Sequence record: NC_013585.1
Reading direction: 5' to 3' (one strand)
Length of the DNA stretch: 24,186 nucleotides
The notes under the pieces were generated by a model. The model was not told where the DNA came from. It worked only from the letters and a program-made list of their open reading frames with translations, and did not search any database. Position numbers and translations under genes: made by a program. This document shows positions 15,542 to 24,186 of the stretch, in pieces (position 1 is the stretch's first letter; every line of letters starts with the position of its first letter).

Positions 15542-17962
15542 ATGAAAGGAAAACAACTTCTTTCAATATTAATCCTATCCATTTTTATCGCAACTACATT
15601 AAGCGGGATAACAAACATAGCAGCAGTAAGCAATGGTAAAGACACAGTATTCAATTTCTGGTTAAACAGTAGTGGGATCTCATCGGAAGGAGGTTCAGCA
15701 AAATACACTAGTCTAAATGGTCCTATAGGTTGTACCTCAGGGTTTCTGCTAACACAAACTACTGGACAAAGCGGTTACGTTATTCTGAATAACAGTATTA
15801 CGGCAACTGATGGAGTATATTCTCTTCAAGCAGTAATGGTTAATGCTTCAAACCCACCCGCCGACGAGATAGCTTTAGTCTTAGGGCCTTCATCACCGGT
15901 AAACTTCGATGGAGGAGCATGGCCGGGCTCAGTATCTTCTAACGGAGGTACAATGGTAGGTATAGAATTCTATTCAGGAACGGTTAACGGTTATTCAGGT
16001 CCTGCAGTATTCATATACACTTCTCAGGGGTTAGCAGCATGGCAGCAAATAGGTGCAGTGCCTAAACCTTGGCAAGCGTTTACTTTAGAAGTAGGAGTTG
16101 TTTCTAGCAAAATATGGGTAGCCTACTATATTGGGAATCAGTTAATAACTAATGTTACTGCTCAAGTTCCTCCAACATTCTCAACTTCTGAGGTTGAAAT
16201 CCATGCTTCAACAGGAGGTGCTTATGCGGGTTTCCTATTATTGCAAACCGGTTACTTCAGCAACTTAATGATAGCTACAATACAGAATGAGATATCAATG
16301 GGACTTGACTACTTACTCAATATGGGTGAGAATATTAACGGCTATGGTTATGTTCCGGAATACGCTTCACCTTCAGTATCATTTTTAGTTACTTACACTA
16401 ATGGTTCTAATGCGTATTATGTACCCGGTGCTCCTGCTAATAGTCCTTCTTTTTACGGTTCACCTGTTTACGGTACCCCTGAGCATACCGGTGAATATGT
16501 TGCTACTCCAGTTCCAGAAAGTTTCATCCCCGGTATTTCCGATAGTCTGGTTTCCGAGACTACTACTAAAGTTTCTGTGTCATATGATGCATATACGTAT
16601 GGTGATGAGGTAGTTAATTCTAGGACAGGCTATATTTACTATTATAAGGTGAATATTTTTGAGGCTAATGAGGTTGTAAATTACGGGAACCCTTCGCCGG
16701 GTGTATGGTCTGTTCAAGTTATAGTTAACGTTAATTCCACAGCGAATTACGTTCAGGATGTTCAACCTTACTTAGCTTCCGGGTTTGTGTTAAATCAGAT
16801 AAACAGCACAGCATGGGAATATACATGGTCCGGACAGTATTTCTATCCTACCTCACCTTCACCTTATGCACCGTCAAACGGTTTTGCTTCTTCTATAGCT
16901 TTACCTCAATATCCTAATGAATACTTCCATAGTTTCAGAATAACAATTAGACATGTGCAAGAAATGATGGATATGATTACTGAAGAATCGCCTTCATTAT
17001 CGCCGTTCCATAATTCGTTTTATGATACTGTTTATCATATACAGAGTGCCGTAGGCGTATGGGGTAAAAATGGAAATCAACCTGTAAGCTACTATGCATC
17101 ATTATTCGGCTATCCTTGGCAACCAGATTTGGGAATAAACTTCTACGACGCAATAAACAATAATTGGCCTACATATAAGGATGATACGTTTAATCTGTTC
17201 TTCCCTAACGCATATCCTTACAAGAGCGGGGTAGTTGTCATAAATGAGAATAACGGAGGGCAGATATGGGCAGAGATACTGAACTTTAGTATTATTGAGT
17301 TGAATGCAACGTATTCAATAGGATTCGGTGCAGGCTATTATGACCCGTTAGCATATGAAGAAGAAGGCTTATATTATACGGATGTAGGGCAATGGAGCAA
17401 TGCTTTATCAGCATGGGACGATGTATATAACTTCTATCAAGATAATCATGGGTTATATTATACTTTCGCTATTATCGATGACGGTAATTTATACTTAAAA
17501 CATTCAGAAGGTGCTAACGATACATTGCGTTATGCTGAAGCAGTCGCATTAGGTTCAAAGTTAGCAGGAAACGGATATATTTCATGGAGCCAAGTAATGC
17601 CGATCCTGAATACGTTTATTCAAACTCAATGGCAGGGGAACGGTTATGCTGTAATAAACGGACAAAATACATATGTTTTAGCTCCTACCAATATAGGCGG
17701 TTTCGAAACTGGATTTACAAATGATCCTATTTTTACTAGCTCTAGGCCTTCATATGTAACTTTTGCAGAACAGCTTTGGGGTGAATACGGAGGGACTTTA
17801 TCTGGAGGACTACCGGAAGAAGTAGAATGGCCGGGACTTATTATAGCAAACGCTGAAACTACAATAGTAAGCGTCCAAGCATTAGCCATGTTCTTGTACT
17901 ACTACTACGGGATACCTCTAAGTGTGTCTCTCAGCCCGTATAACGCTTATCTCATTCCATAA
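15542..17962 (+). CDS. 806-aa secreted protein: lectin/ConA-like N-terminal region plus alpha-toroid-like C-terminal region, no membrane anchor
   Basis: Signal peptide; many sequons; helical motifs resembling the 1231-aa tailspike; TTTATAAA 31 nt upstream. Domain calls are inferred. Confidence 0.7.
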   Translation: MKGKQLLSILILSIFIATTLSGITNIAAVSNGKDTVFNFWLNSSGISSEGGSAKYTSLNGPIGCTSGFLLTQTTGQSGYVILNNSITATDGVYSLQAVMVNASNPPADEIALVLGPSSPVNFDGGAWPGSVSSNGGTMVGIEFYSGTVNGYSGPAVFIYTSQGLAAWQQIGAVPKPWQAFTLEVGVVSSKIWVAYYIGNQLITNVTAQVPPTFSTSEVEIHASTGGAYAGFLLLQTGYFSNLMIATIQNEISMGLDYLLNMGENINGYGYVPEYASPSVSFLVTYTNGSNAYYVPGAPANSPSFYGSPVYGTPEHTGEYVATPVPESFIPGISDSLVSETTTKVSVSYDAYTYGDEVVNSRTGYIYYYKVNIFEANEVVNYGNPSPGVWSVQVIVNVNSTANYVQDVQPYLASGFVLNQINSTAWEYTWSGQYFYPTSPSPYAPSNGFASSIALPQYPNEYFHSFRITIRHVQEMMDMITEESPSLSPFHNSFYDTVYHIQSAVGVWGKNGNQPVSYYASLFGYPWQPDLGINFYDAINNNWPTYKDDTFNLFFPNAYPYKSGVVVINENNGGQIWAEILNFSIIELNATYSIGFGAGYYDPLAYEEEGLYYTDVGQWSNALSAWDDVYNFYQDNHGLYYTFAIIDDGNLYLKHSEGANDTLRYAEAVALGSKLAGNGYISWSQVMPILNTFIQTQWQGNGYAVINGQNTYVLAPTNIGGFETGFTNDPIFTSSRPSYVTFAEQLWGEYGGTLSGGLPEEVEWPGLIIANAETTIVSVQALAMFLYYYYGIPLSVSLSPYNAYLIP

Positions 17963-17993
17963 AAGATAAAATCTTTTTTTCTTTATTTCATTT

Positions 17994-18284
17994 ATGTCTT
18001 TAATTCAAAAAGCGTGGTTTAGGGCTTTAAGTTATGTAGGGATTTTCTTCTTATCATGGTTTCTAGATATAGGTTTAGGTATTGCTCTTTACGAAAAGAT
18101 ATTCTATTCTGGATTTAACACAATGCTTTACGTAGATTTCAGTGCTTCCGTCTACGCTTTATTGTTCTCTCTTTATTTCCTGAAGAAGAAACACTTCTTT
18201 TCTCTCATAGTCCCAATACTAAACTTCTTTATAGGTCTGGTCTTTCTAGCTTTTGAGTTATTAGTTTTAATAGGAGTAAGTTAG
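17994..18284 (+). CDS. 96-aa three-TM membrane protein
   Basis: Three hydrophobic segments with KKKH loop; follows the 806-aa gene. Confidence 0.72.
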   Translation: MSLIQKAWFRALSYVGIFFLSWFLDIGLGIALYEKIFYSGFNTMLYVDFSASVYALLFSLYFLKKKHFFSLIVPILNFFIGLVFLAFELLVLIGVS

Positions 18285-18318
18285 GCCCTTTTTAAATTCA
18301 CTTTCTTTTCTTTCTTCA

Positions 18319-18945
18319 ATGAAGTGGCCACTTCTGTTGTTAGTTATACCTATTTTCTTCACACTGTTTAGTTCAGCTTATAGTATCAGTATAGTCTCAA
18401 CGCCACCAGTAAACCCCCCTGCATATTCCTATTTCTATTTGGAATTCCAATTCAGTCCTACGAATAATACACCTCAACCATATGCCATCTTTGTAGGTAA
18501 TAGTCCTAATAACCTAACAGAGGTGGCGGAAGGTTACACATATCAAAACGGTACAGGATACGCAAGAGTTCCAGTTATTGATTCACAAATAGAATACGTA
18601 GACGTAGTTTGGGTGAATGTAAACTACACAATTTTCCAAATATTCCCACAGACTGTCCAAAATACTACTTCAGTCAATGTAACCAATGTACAGAATCAGG
18701 GCTTTACTTTTAATCTGCCTTCGTGGGTTTCATGGATAATAGGATCTGTATTAGTACTAATTTTCATGGGTTTGGGGTGGAAGTTTATGGGGCCTGCGGG
18801 TTTGGCAGTTTTCGGTGTAATTGCGATCTTTCTAGCAAGTTTCTTCGGTTTGATACCCTCTTACATCATTTACATCTTCGTTTTCATAGTTGCGGTAATT
18901 GGTGCTAAAGTCATTACGAAACAATTTGGAGGTGGTGAAGAATGA
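18319..18945 (+). CDS. Tail adaptor-type membrane protein (like SSV19 B210 / C-terminal part of SSV1 C792)
   Basis: Signal peptide; AIFVGNSPNNL..GYT..GTG..EYVDVVW; C-terminal LGWKFMGPAG TM hairpin ending GGGEE. Confidence 0.78.
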   Translation: MKWPLLLLVIPIFFTLFSSAYSISIVSTPPVNPPAYSYFYLEFQFSPTNNTPQPYAIFVGNSPNNLTEVAEGYTYQNGTGYARVPVIDSQIEYVDVVWVNVNYTIFQIFPQTVQNTTSVNVTNVQNQGFTFNLPSWVSWIIGSVLVLIFMGLGWKFMGPAGLAVFGVIAIFLASFFGLIPSYIIYIFVFIVAVIGAKVITKQFGGGEE

Positions 18946-21900
18946 AAGGTTACCTTTCCGCAATGCTTTTTATCATCATCATTATGGAGTTAGCTCTTAA
19001 TGTGTCTGCAGAAGTTTCTTTACCGCCCCTTTATGTTGAAGATGCCGTCAATGCACAAATACAACAGTTATGGTCTAAAAGCCCTACAGGGATAGACGCT
19101 TTCCATGAGGCACCTACAGTGAATCAAAGCTTTTGGATAGACGATAATTCCAAATTCTTAGAGTCCATAGCCCCATGGTGGCAAAGCTATAGCAGTTATA
19201 CAAGTGATATACTACAATTTGTAGAACAGGGTGATGTAAACGGGTTATTTATAAAGAGATTCGAATACCCGCTTAATCCTGTTCAGCCCGTCAATCTAGG
19301 AGGGTTGAGCGGGTATACCAACGGATTTTATGATATTGTTGGGAATCCATTAGACAACACAATGAGCATACGATCATACTATAACCCTACGTTAGCCATA
19401 ACCTACTTGTATGGTAATGTGGTTCAATATCCAAATGGAATACTGGTAAACATGGAAAGCGGTACTGAAAACCCTATAATTGATGGAGGTTTTGGAGGAC
19501 AGGGTGGGCAAAACCCACCATGGGAAACGATTACTCCTATAACGCTAACGAATGATTCGATAGTGCAGATAGCGAATTCAGCAAAGACTTACCTAAACTT
19601 GACGGGGGTTCCTCTTTTCGGTTCACCGTCAGAAGAACTGCAGTACAATTTACCTATAGTCAATATACTGCCTCATTACCTTACGCTTTACAACAAAGGT
19701 GGTGTATTAGGTAATTATAATTATAAACAACAATTCATAGAGTTTAACGTAACATTGTTCTTACAATCATCTACCATAAACAGGATATATCTATTATTTG
19801 TTTGGGAAAACTCAACTTCGGGAACCCTAGTTGAGACTGATATGCCTGTATACTTTGACGCTAACGGCCAATGGCATCAGGTCGTAGTTACTGTACCCTC
19901 AACAATGTTCCCCAAATATTGGAATCTGGGTAATCTAGCCACAGTCCCTCTATTGATAGGGATTGGACTAATGGTTCCGGGGGCTTCTTCTACACAAACA
20001 GGAAATAGTGGAGTGTCAGTAGGTTCTATTTCCACATTATACCCAACAACATATGGGCCTACATTTGTCGAAAAGGATTATGGGAGTTATGTTGTGTTTA
20101 ATGAGAGTTGGCGTAGTGATTATCTTAATACCACTTTTTGGCTTTCCTACATTTTAGGGCAGGGTGACGCAATCGAAGTGTTAGCCTCTGCACCGGTAAA
20201 CGGTTCATGGATTTATATCGGTTACAACGGATTGGCCACAATAGGGACAGGGTACACAATGATGGAAACCATTAATGGCACTATAGCAAACCATAACAAT
20301 GTTAACAACATTTCATGGACTTACTTAGGGGATAATTTCGGCAAATGGTTCCTGCTATCAACGAGATACGCTCCAAACTGGATAGGTGATTTTCAACTAT
20401 TGAATGTTTTCCCTATGGCGGGTACTAGTGATCCTTACGTTGATACGTTAGGTTATGCGGCTTATATGGGCGATCCCACTGAGGTTAGGAATACTCTCTA
20501 TTTCGGAAACTTTACCACACTTCCCGGTTACTTCCAGTGGGTGGAAATAGCTTTCGAAAATACTAACAATGGAGGGGTTTACGGCTTCTTCCTAATGCCG
20601 TCAGTTGATTATTTGGTTAATCCTAACGTTATCGTTAATGACTTGTTCCCCTCAAACTTTACGGGATATAGCCCCTCAACACTCCCTAATAATTACTGGA
20701 CTGGAGTATGGGGTGAGAACTATTATGAAGGCGAAATAATCTACGCTTTAGCGTTATTAGGGAAATATGGGAATTCCCAAGCATTGTCAATGGCTGAGCA
20801 GGCATGGAGTGCTTACTATAATCAGCTAAACACTTATAACGGTTCTACTTATACGTCTTCTCTAGCTAGATTCTTGATGGCCACAATAATCCTAGAGCAG
20901 GTGACAGGAAATACGCAATACTCTAACGCATATACAACAATAGCAAATTGGTTATTACAATGGCAAAATGAGAGTAAATATGCATACGTATATATTCCAA
21001 TGTGGTACCATAAGGATTTAGCAGTAAGCACAGTAAACGGTTATAATTCATACGGATACATCATAAACGAAACTTCTGGTATGGATGTAGGTACAGTGTT
21101 TAGCGGGACTTCAATAGGACTAAACTTCTTTGAGGATATTCCATTAAATACTTCGTATGGGATTTCTCTTATTACTAACGGGACAGGAAAACTTCCGTTT
21201 ACTTACCAAAATACGCTTAACGTTTCCGGTATATTGACTACCTACATTTATCTTAACGGCGGAGGTACGGCAACTACTGCAAACATTACCATCACTGTTC
21301 AGATAGCGTATGATGGCAATATTCTGCAGACAATAGGTTCAGCCACACTAACAGACGTTCCTGTTCAACCCGGTGGAAGTTCCGGATCACCGCCGTACTA
21401 TCCAGTAAAAATTACCGTTCCTGTTCTCACTACCGTAATTGCTCCACCATCATCTACGTTAGTCATAGGGTGGAATATTAAATCCTCAACGACCGTTTAC
21501 GCTTTGATAGATTCTACTAACGGCCCATCAAACATAACTATCCCGCTAAGTTGGAAGAATCCCTTCTACGGCGAATTTACAATCCCGCCAATTTATAACC
21601 CTAATCCCGGAGTACATGATTACCCACAACCATACTTCTTAGATGTTTCGGCAATGGGCGGACAGGCGTTGATGATGTTGTACACTGTAACTAAGAACCC
21701 AACCTACTTAACAGATGCCGAATTGGTAGAAAACGCAATTCATTATAGCGAAATTCCAACATCAACCTATGGTGTTTTAGGAGTTCCTAATGCACCTGTC
21801 ACCTATAGACTATGGGTATATGGTAACTACTCAACTGTGGACGCAGACTACTACACATACAAAGCTGAACTTGTAAGCGAATTTGCAGACGCTATAGGTA

Positions 21901-22637
21901 ACAACACATTAGCATCTTTAGCCATCAGCAGAGTATGGCAGAAGACTGAATATACTTATCCAACGTCATACATCTATTATGTGTCACTGTATGGTTCAGG
22001 TCTTCAGATGAATAGCGAGACACAACCATGGGGTGATGTAGCAACTGAAGATTATGTCCAAACTTGGGATCCAACTAACTTACAACTCTATTGGGCCTCT
22101 TTACCACAGGAGGACTGGATAATGAACCAGACATGGAATGGTACCGCATTAAAGGTATACCTCTACTCTTACTATGGAAATCAGTTTCAATTGCTGTTCC
22201 TAACTTCGACTGTGAAATTCAATATCATTATTAACGGTAATTATACCAACTATGGGGCTAACCATCAAATACTAGAAGTCTCAGGAAATGCTAAGGTAGG
22301 TACAAACGTTATAATCATAGTCCCTAACCCTACTAACCAGACTTCGATTAACACCGGAACCAACACGACTACGACTTCGCCCGTGAGTAAGATAGTCTAT
22401 TTCAACCTTACGCCACAAGAAGGGGAATTATTCGGTTTCATAGTGTACTTTACTGTTGTAGGATTTGCCTACCTATTTAGTAGGAATAAGACGATAACAA
22501 CGTTAGGTAGCTTAGTTGGCGTAGTAATTATTTGGGCTTTGGGATTATGGCCAATGTATATGTTATTCTTAGTAGGGGCGGTTTCCCTATTCATGATGTT
22601 CTATACTATTAGAGGAGGGGAGGAAAATGGGTACTAA
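18942..22637 (+). CDS. Large tailspike / host-attachment glycoprotein (betafusellovirus type) with putative glycoside-hydrolase-like domain
   Basis: 1231 aa; signal peptide; FWIDDNSKF motif (GH76-like DD); Thr-rich linker; two C-terminal TMs; ATGA overlap and GGAGGTGGTGA RBS. Confidence 0.85.
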   Translation: MKGYLSAMLFIIIIMELALNVSAEVSLPPLYVEDAVNAQIQQLWSKSPTGIDAFHEAPTVNQSFWIDDNSKFLESIAPWWQSYSSYTSDILQFVEQGDVNGLFIKRFEYPLNPVQPVNLGGLSGYTNGFYDIVGNPLDNTMSIRSYYNPTLAITYLYGNVVQYPNGILVNMESGTENPIIDGGFGGQGGQNPPWETITPITLTNDSIVQIANSAKTYLNLTGVPLFGSPSEELQYNLPIVNILPHYLTLYNKGGVLGNYNYKQQFIEFNVTLFLQSSTINRIYLLFVWENSTSGTLVETDMPVYFDANGQWHQVVVTVPSTMFPKYWNLGNLATVPLLIGIGLMVPGASSTQTGNSGVSVGSISTLYPTTYGPTFVEKDYGSYVVFNESWRSDYLNTTFWLSYILGQGDAIEVLASAPVNGSWIYIGYNGLATIGTGYTMMETINGTIANHNNVNNISWTYLGDNFGKWFLLSTRYAPNWIGDFQLLNVFPMAGTSDPYVDTLGYAAYMGDPTEVRNTLYFGNFTTLPGYFQWVEIAFENTNNGGVYGFFLMPSVDYLVNPNVIVNDLFPSNFTGYSPSTLPNNYWTGVWGENYYEGEIIYALALLGKYGNSQALSMAEQAWSAYYNQLNTYNGSTYTSSLARFLMATIILEQVTGNTQYSNAYTTIANWLLQWQNESKYAYVYIPMWYHKDLAVSTVNGYNSYGYIINETSGMDVGTVFSGTSIGLNFFEDIPLNTSYGISLITNGTGKLPFTYQNTLNVSGILTTYIYLNGGGTATTANITITVQIAYDGNILQTIGSATLTDVPVQPGGSSGSPPYYPVKITVPVLTTVIAPPSSTLVIGWNIKSSTTVYALIDSTNGPSNITIPLSWKNPFYGEFTIPPIYNPNPGVHDYPQPYFLDVSAMGGQALMMLYTVTKNPTYLTDAELVENAIHYSEIPTSTYGVLGVPNAPVTYRLWVYGNYSTVDADYYTYKAELVSEFADAIGNNTLASLAISRVWQKTEYTYPTSYIYYVSLYGSGLQMNSETQPWGDVATEDYVQTWDPTNLQLYWASLPQEDWIMNQTWNGTALKVYLYSYYGNQFQLLFLTSTVKFNIIINGNYTNYGANHQILEVSGNAKVGTNVIIIVPNPTNQTSINTGTNTTTTSPVSKIVYFNLTPQEGELFGFIVYFTVVGFAYLFSRNKTITTLGSLVGVVIIWALGLWPMYMLFLVGAVSLFMMFYTIRGGEENGY

Positions 22638-23019
22638 GTTAATCATAAACGTAATATTTTTTGATATAATCTTAGCAATTTTGATGATGTCATTCGCATC
22701 TATTCAACCACCTAACATTTCTACACCGCCAACTACACAAGAAGCAATGGCTCAGGCTAATATAACGTGGAATTTGTCGGTAGGTACAATATCGTGGGAT
22801 TGGATATGGCCACTATTCTACTTTGTCGACTGGTTGATATGGATAGTGACGTCAATCTTCGCCGTAGTAGTTTTCATATTTAATGTATTCACAACGTCGT
22901 TAAGTCTGTTGGCATCTGCCCCTGTTGTAGGGCCTTTCCTGTTGATGTTTGCAGTTGTAATTAATTTTGTACTAATTTGGGAAATAGTCAAACTCATTAG
23001 GGGTTATGATAACATATGA
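22627..23019 (+). CDS. SSV1 C166-like / tail nozzle membrane protein
   Basis: MGTKL...FDI.L...PP...WL..FYFVDWLIW...PVVGPFL...NFVLIWEIVKLIRG. Confidence 0.87.
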   Translation: MGTKLIINVIFFDIILAILMMSFASIQPPNISTPPTTQEAMAQANITWNLSVGTISWDWIWPLFYFVDWLIWIVTSIFAVVVFIFNVFTTSLSLLASAPVVGPFLLMFAVVINFVLIWEIVKLIRGYDNI

Positions 23020-23264
23020 AAGCGTATGCCAATGAACTGAAAGGAAAACAAACTAGAAAGAAAATAGTCAAACTGTTAGCGGAAAATTACGCTCTTAGTG
23101 TTGCATTCATCTCTCATTCAATCCTATTATCCTATACGGCGACTATGAAACACCTTAAGATCCTGAAAGAACAAAACCTTATAGAAATGTGGGAAGAGCA
23201 GGGAAGGATTTATGTGGCACTGAAAGAAAAAGCTCACGAATTGAGGAAGGAATTAAATGATTAA
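23016..23264 (+). CDS. B115-like ArsR-type wHTH regulator
   Basis: TRKKIVKLL...LSYTATMKHLKILKEQNLIE...GRIYVAL. Confidence 0.85.
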   Translation: MKAYANELKGKQTRKKIVKLLAENYALSVAFISHSILLSYTATMKHLKILKEQNLIEMWEEQGRIYVALKEKAHELRKELND

Positions 23265-23427
23265 TGAAGTAAAGAAAGCGTTAATATCGGTATTAGTTTT
23301 TTTCATGATGTTAAGCCCTATCCCTCTTTTGGTATATCTTCAGTTTCCTAATTTTGTCATTATAGTTTTTATAGGTATTGTGGTAATAGGCTTTATATTT
23401 TATTTAGCAGCAGATGATAGGAATTGA
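23257..23427 (+). CDS. 56-aa two-TM membrane protein (not in ORF track)
   Basis: Hand-translated MINEVKKALISVLVFFMMLSPIPLLVYLQFPNFVIIVFIGIVVIGFIFYLAADDRN; GAGGAAGG RBS; overlaps the upstream stop. Confidence 0.7.
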   Translation: MINEVKKALISVLVFFMMLSPIPLLVYLQFPNFVIIVFIGIVVIGFIFYLAADDRN

Positions 23428-23443
23428 AGAGAGTTTAAACTTT

Positions 23444-23469
23444 CTTACACACTTTATAAAGTGTGTAAG
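23444..23469. promoter_or_regulatory. vp1 promoter: TTTATAAA box at the centre of a 26-bp perfect palindrome
   Basis: CTTACACACTTTA|TAAAGTGTGTAAG; TGAC initiator-like site at 23481. Confidence 0.8.
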
Positions 23470-23489
23470 GAAAGTGATGATGACCAAAT

Positions 23490-23912
23490 ATGAAGGTAAA
23501 AGCCAGTATGGCGGATATAATCGTAACTCTATCAGCTTTAAAAGTATTTAAAAACCCAACAAAATATTTCACAAGTGAGCAGATTGAGGAAGGAGTAAAG
23601 ATATTCTGGCAAACTTGGGATGGTAACATCATTAGGTCAGCACAAAAGTTTATAGAAGTTGCTAAAGCCAATCCAAAGTTAACAAAGGGTGAAGGTAGCG
23701 TAAATGTTGGCATGCTGATAGCACTCTTCATATTCATCTTGATCGGCATAGTATTATTGCCTGTAATCACTAGTGAAGTGTCTGGACTCACCTCGGGAAC
23801 TGATGCAAGTGTGACAGGCACAAATGCCACATTGCTTAACCTAGTACCATTGTTCTACATCTTGGTAATCATAATAGTGCCTGCGGTAGTAGTATACAAA
23901 ATGATGAAGTGA
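23490..23912 (+). CDS. vp1: Major capsid protein VP1 precursor (N-terminal propeptide, two TM helices)
   Basis: KIFWQTWDGNII...NPKLTKGE|G processing region; hydrophobic hairpin LFIFILIGIVLLP...TLLNLVPLFYIL. Confidence 0.95.
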   Translation: MKVKASMADIIVTLSALKVFKNPTKYFTSEQIEEGVKIFWQTWDGNIIRSAQKFIEVAKANPKLTKGEGSVNVGMLIALFIFILIGIVLLPVITSEVSGLTSGTDASVTGTNATLLNLVPLFYILVIIIVPAVVVYKMMK

Positions 23913-23913
23913 T

Positions 23914-24186
23914 ATGGAGTTTGATGCTGACGCTAAAACAATCATAGGCCTTTTCATCTTCATATTGATAGGTATAGTGTTCTTCTCACCTATCATAACA
24001 TACGTTAATCAAGTATCATCACCCGGTAGCTATACTACAGTAGGGACAACTAGTAGTTTCGTAGCAAATCCCTATTATGCAGGGTCAGCAGGTGCTACTA
24101 TAGCGTCATTAGTACCGATCTTCTACCTGTTAGTAATCATAGCAGTTCCCGCTTTTGTCGTATACAGAATGACCAGAGAGAGGTGA
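23914..24186 (+). CDS. vp3: Minor capsid protein VP3 (VP1 paralog)
   Basis: IGLFIFILIGIVFFSPI...GATIASLVPIFYLLVII; follows vp1. Confidence 0.93.
   Translation: MEFDADAKTIIGLFIFILIGIVFFSPIITYVNQVSSPGSYTTVGTTSSFVANPYYAGSAGATIASLVPIFYLLVIIAVPAFVVYRMTRER

Noticed and set aside
12485-21031. Small nested ORFs (12485, 14364, 15520, 16401, 16580, 17644, 18723, 20849)
   Set aside because: Nested in or antisense to long secreted-protein genes; expected by chance; no initiation signals seen.
23435-23830. 131-aa minus-strand ORF opposite vp1
   Set aside because: Shadow of vp1. It runs through the palindromic TATA rather than starting downstream of it.

Overview
The window appears to be one complete, circularly permuted genome of a spindle-shaped virus of Sulfolobales (Fuselloviridae, betafusellovirus-like). 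Length and gene content match my recollection of Acidianus spindle-shaped virus 1 (ASV1), which a BLASTN should confirm. The core module is present: VP1, VP3, VP2, A82/C84/A92/B277/A154/B251-like genes, an SSV-type tyrosine integrase carrying a tRNA-Lys(UUU)-derived attP, the T6-like early operon (A100, C80-type RHH, C2H2 zinc fingers, C102a, B129), a B115-like wHTH, and a tail module (208-aa adaptor-like, 1231-aa tailspike, 130-aa C166-like). Two accessory blocks explain the large size. (1) A 5.75-kb block (4304-10056) is bracketed by a 70-bp duplicated early promoter. It encodes an RHH regulator, a possible SSB, an XPD/Rad3-type helicase and an MCM-like AAA+ protein whose 5' end hides nested symmetric inverted repeats, so it looks like an embedded, possibly excisable replicon. 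(2) Block 11588-18284 holds two paralogous [B129 - secreted protein - YxQYAP membrane protein] cassettes plus a third secreted/membrane pair, at the locus known to encode SSV killer toxins, and may be a multi-toxin/immunity arsenal. Several small ORFs missing from the supplied track were translated by hand. All homology calls come from recalled family sequences and motifs, not database searches.
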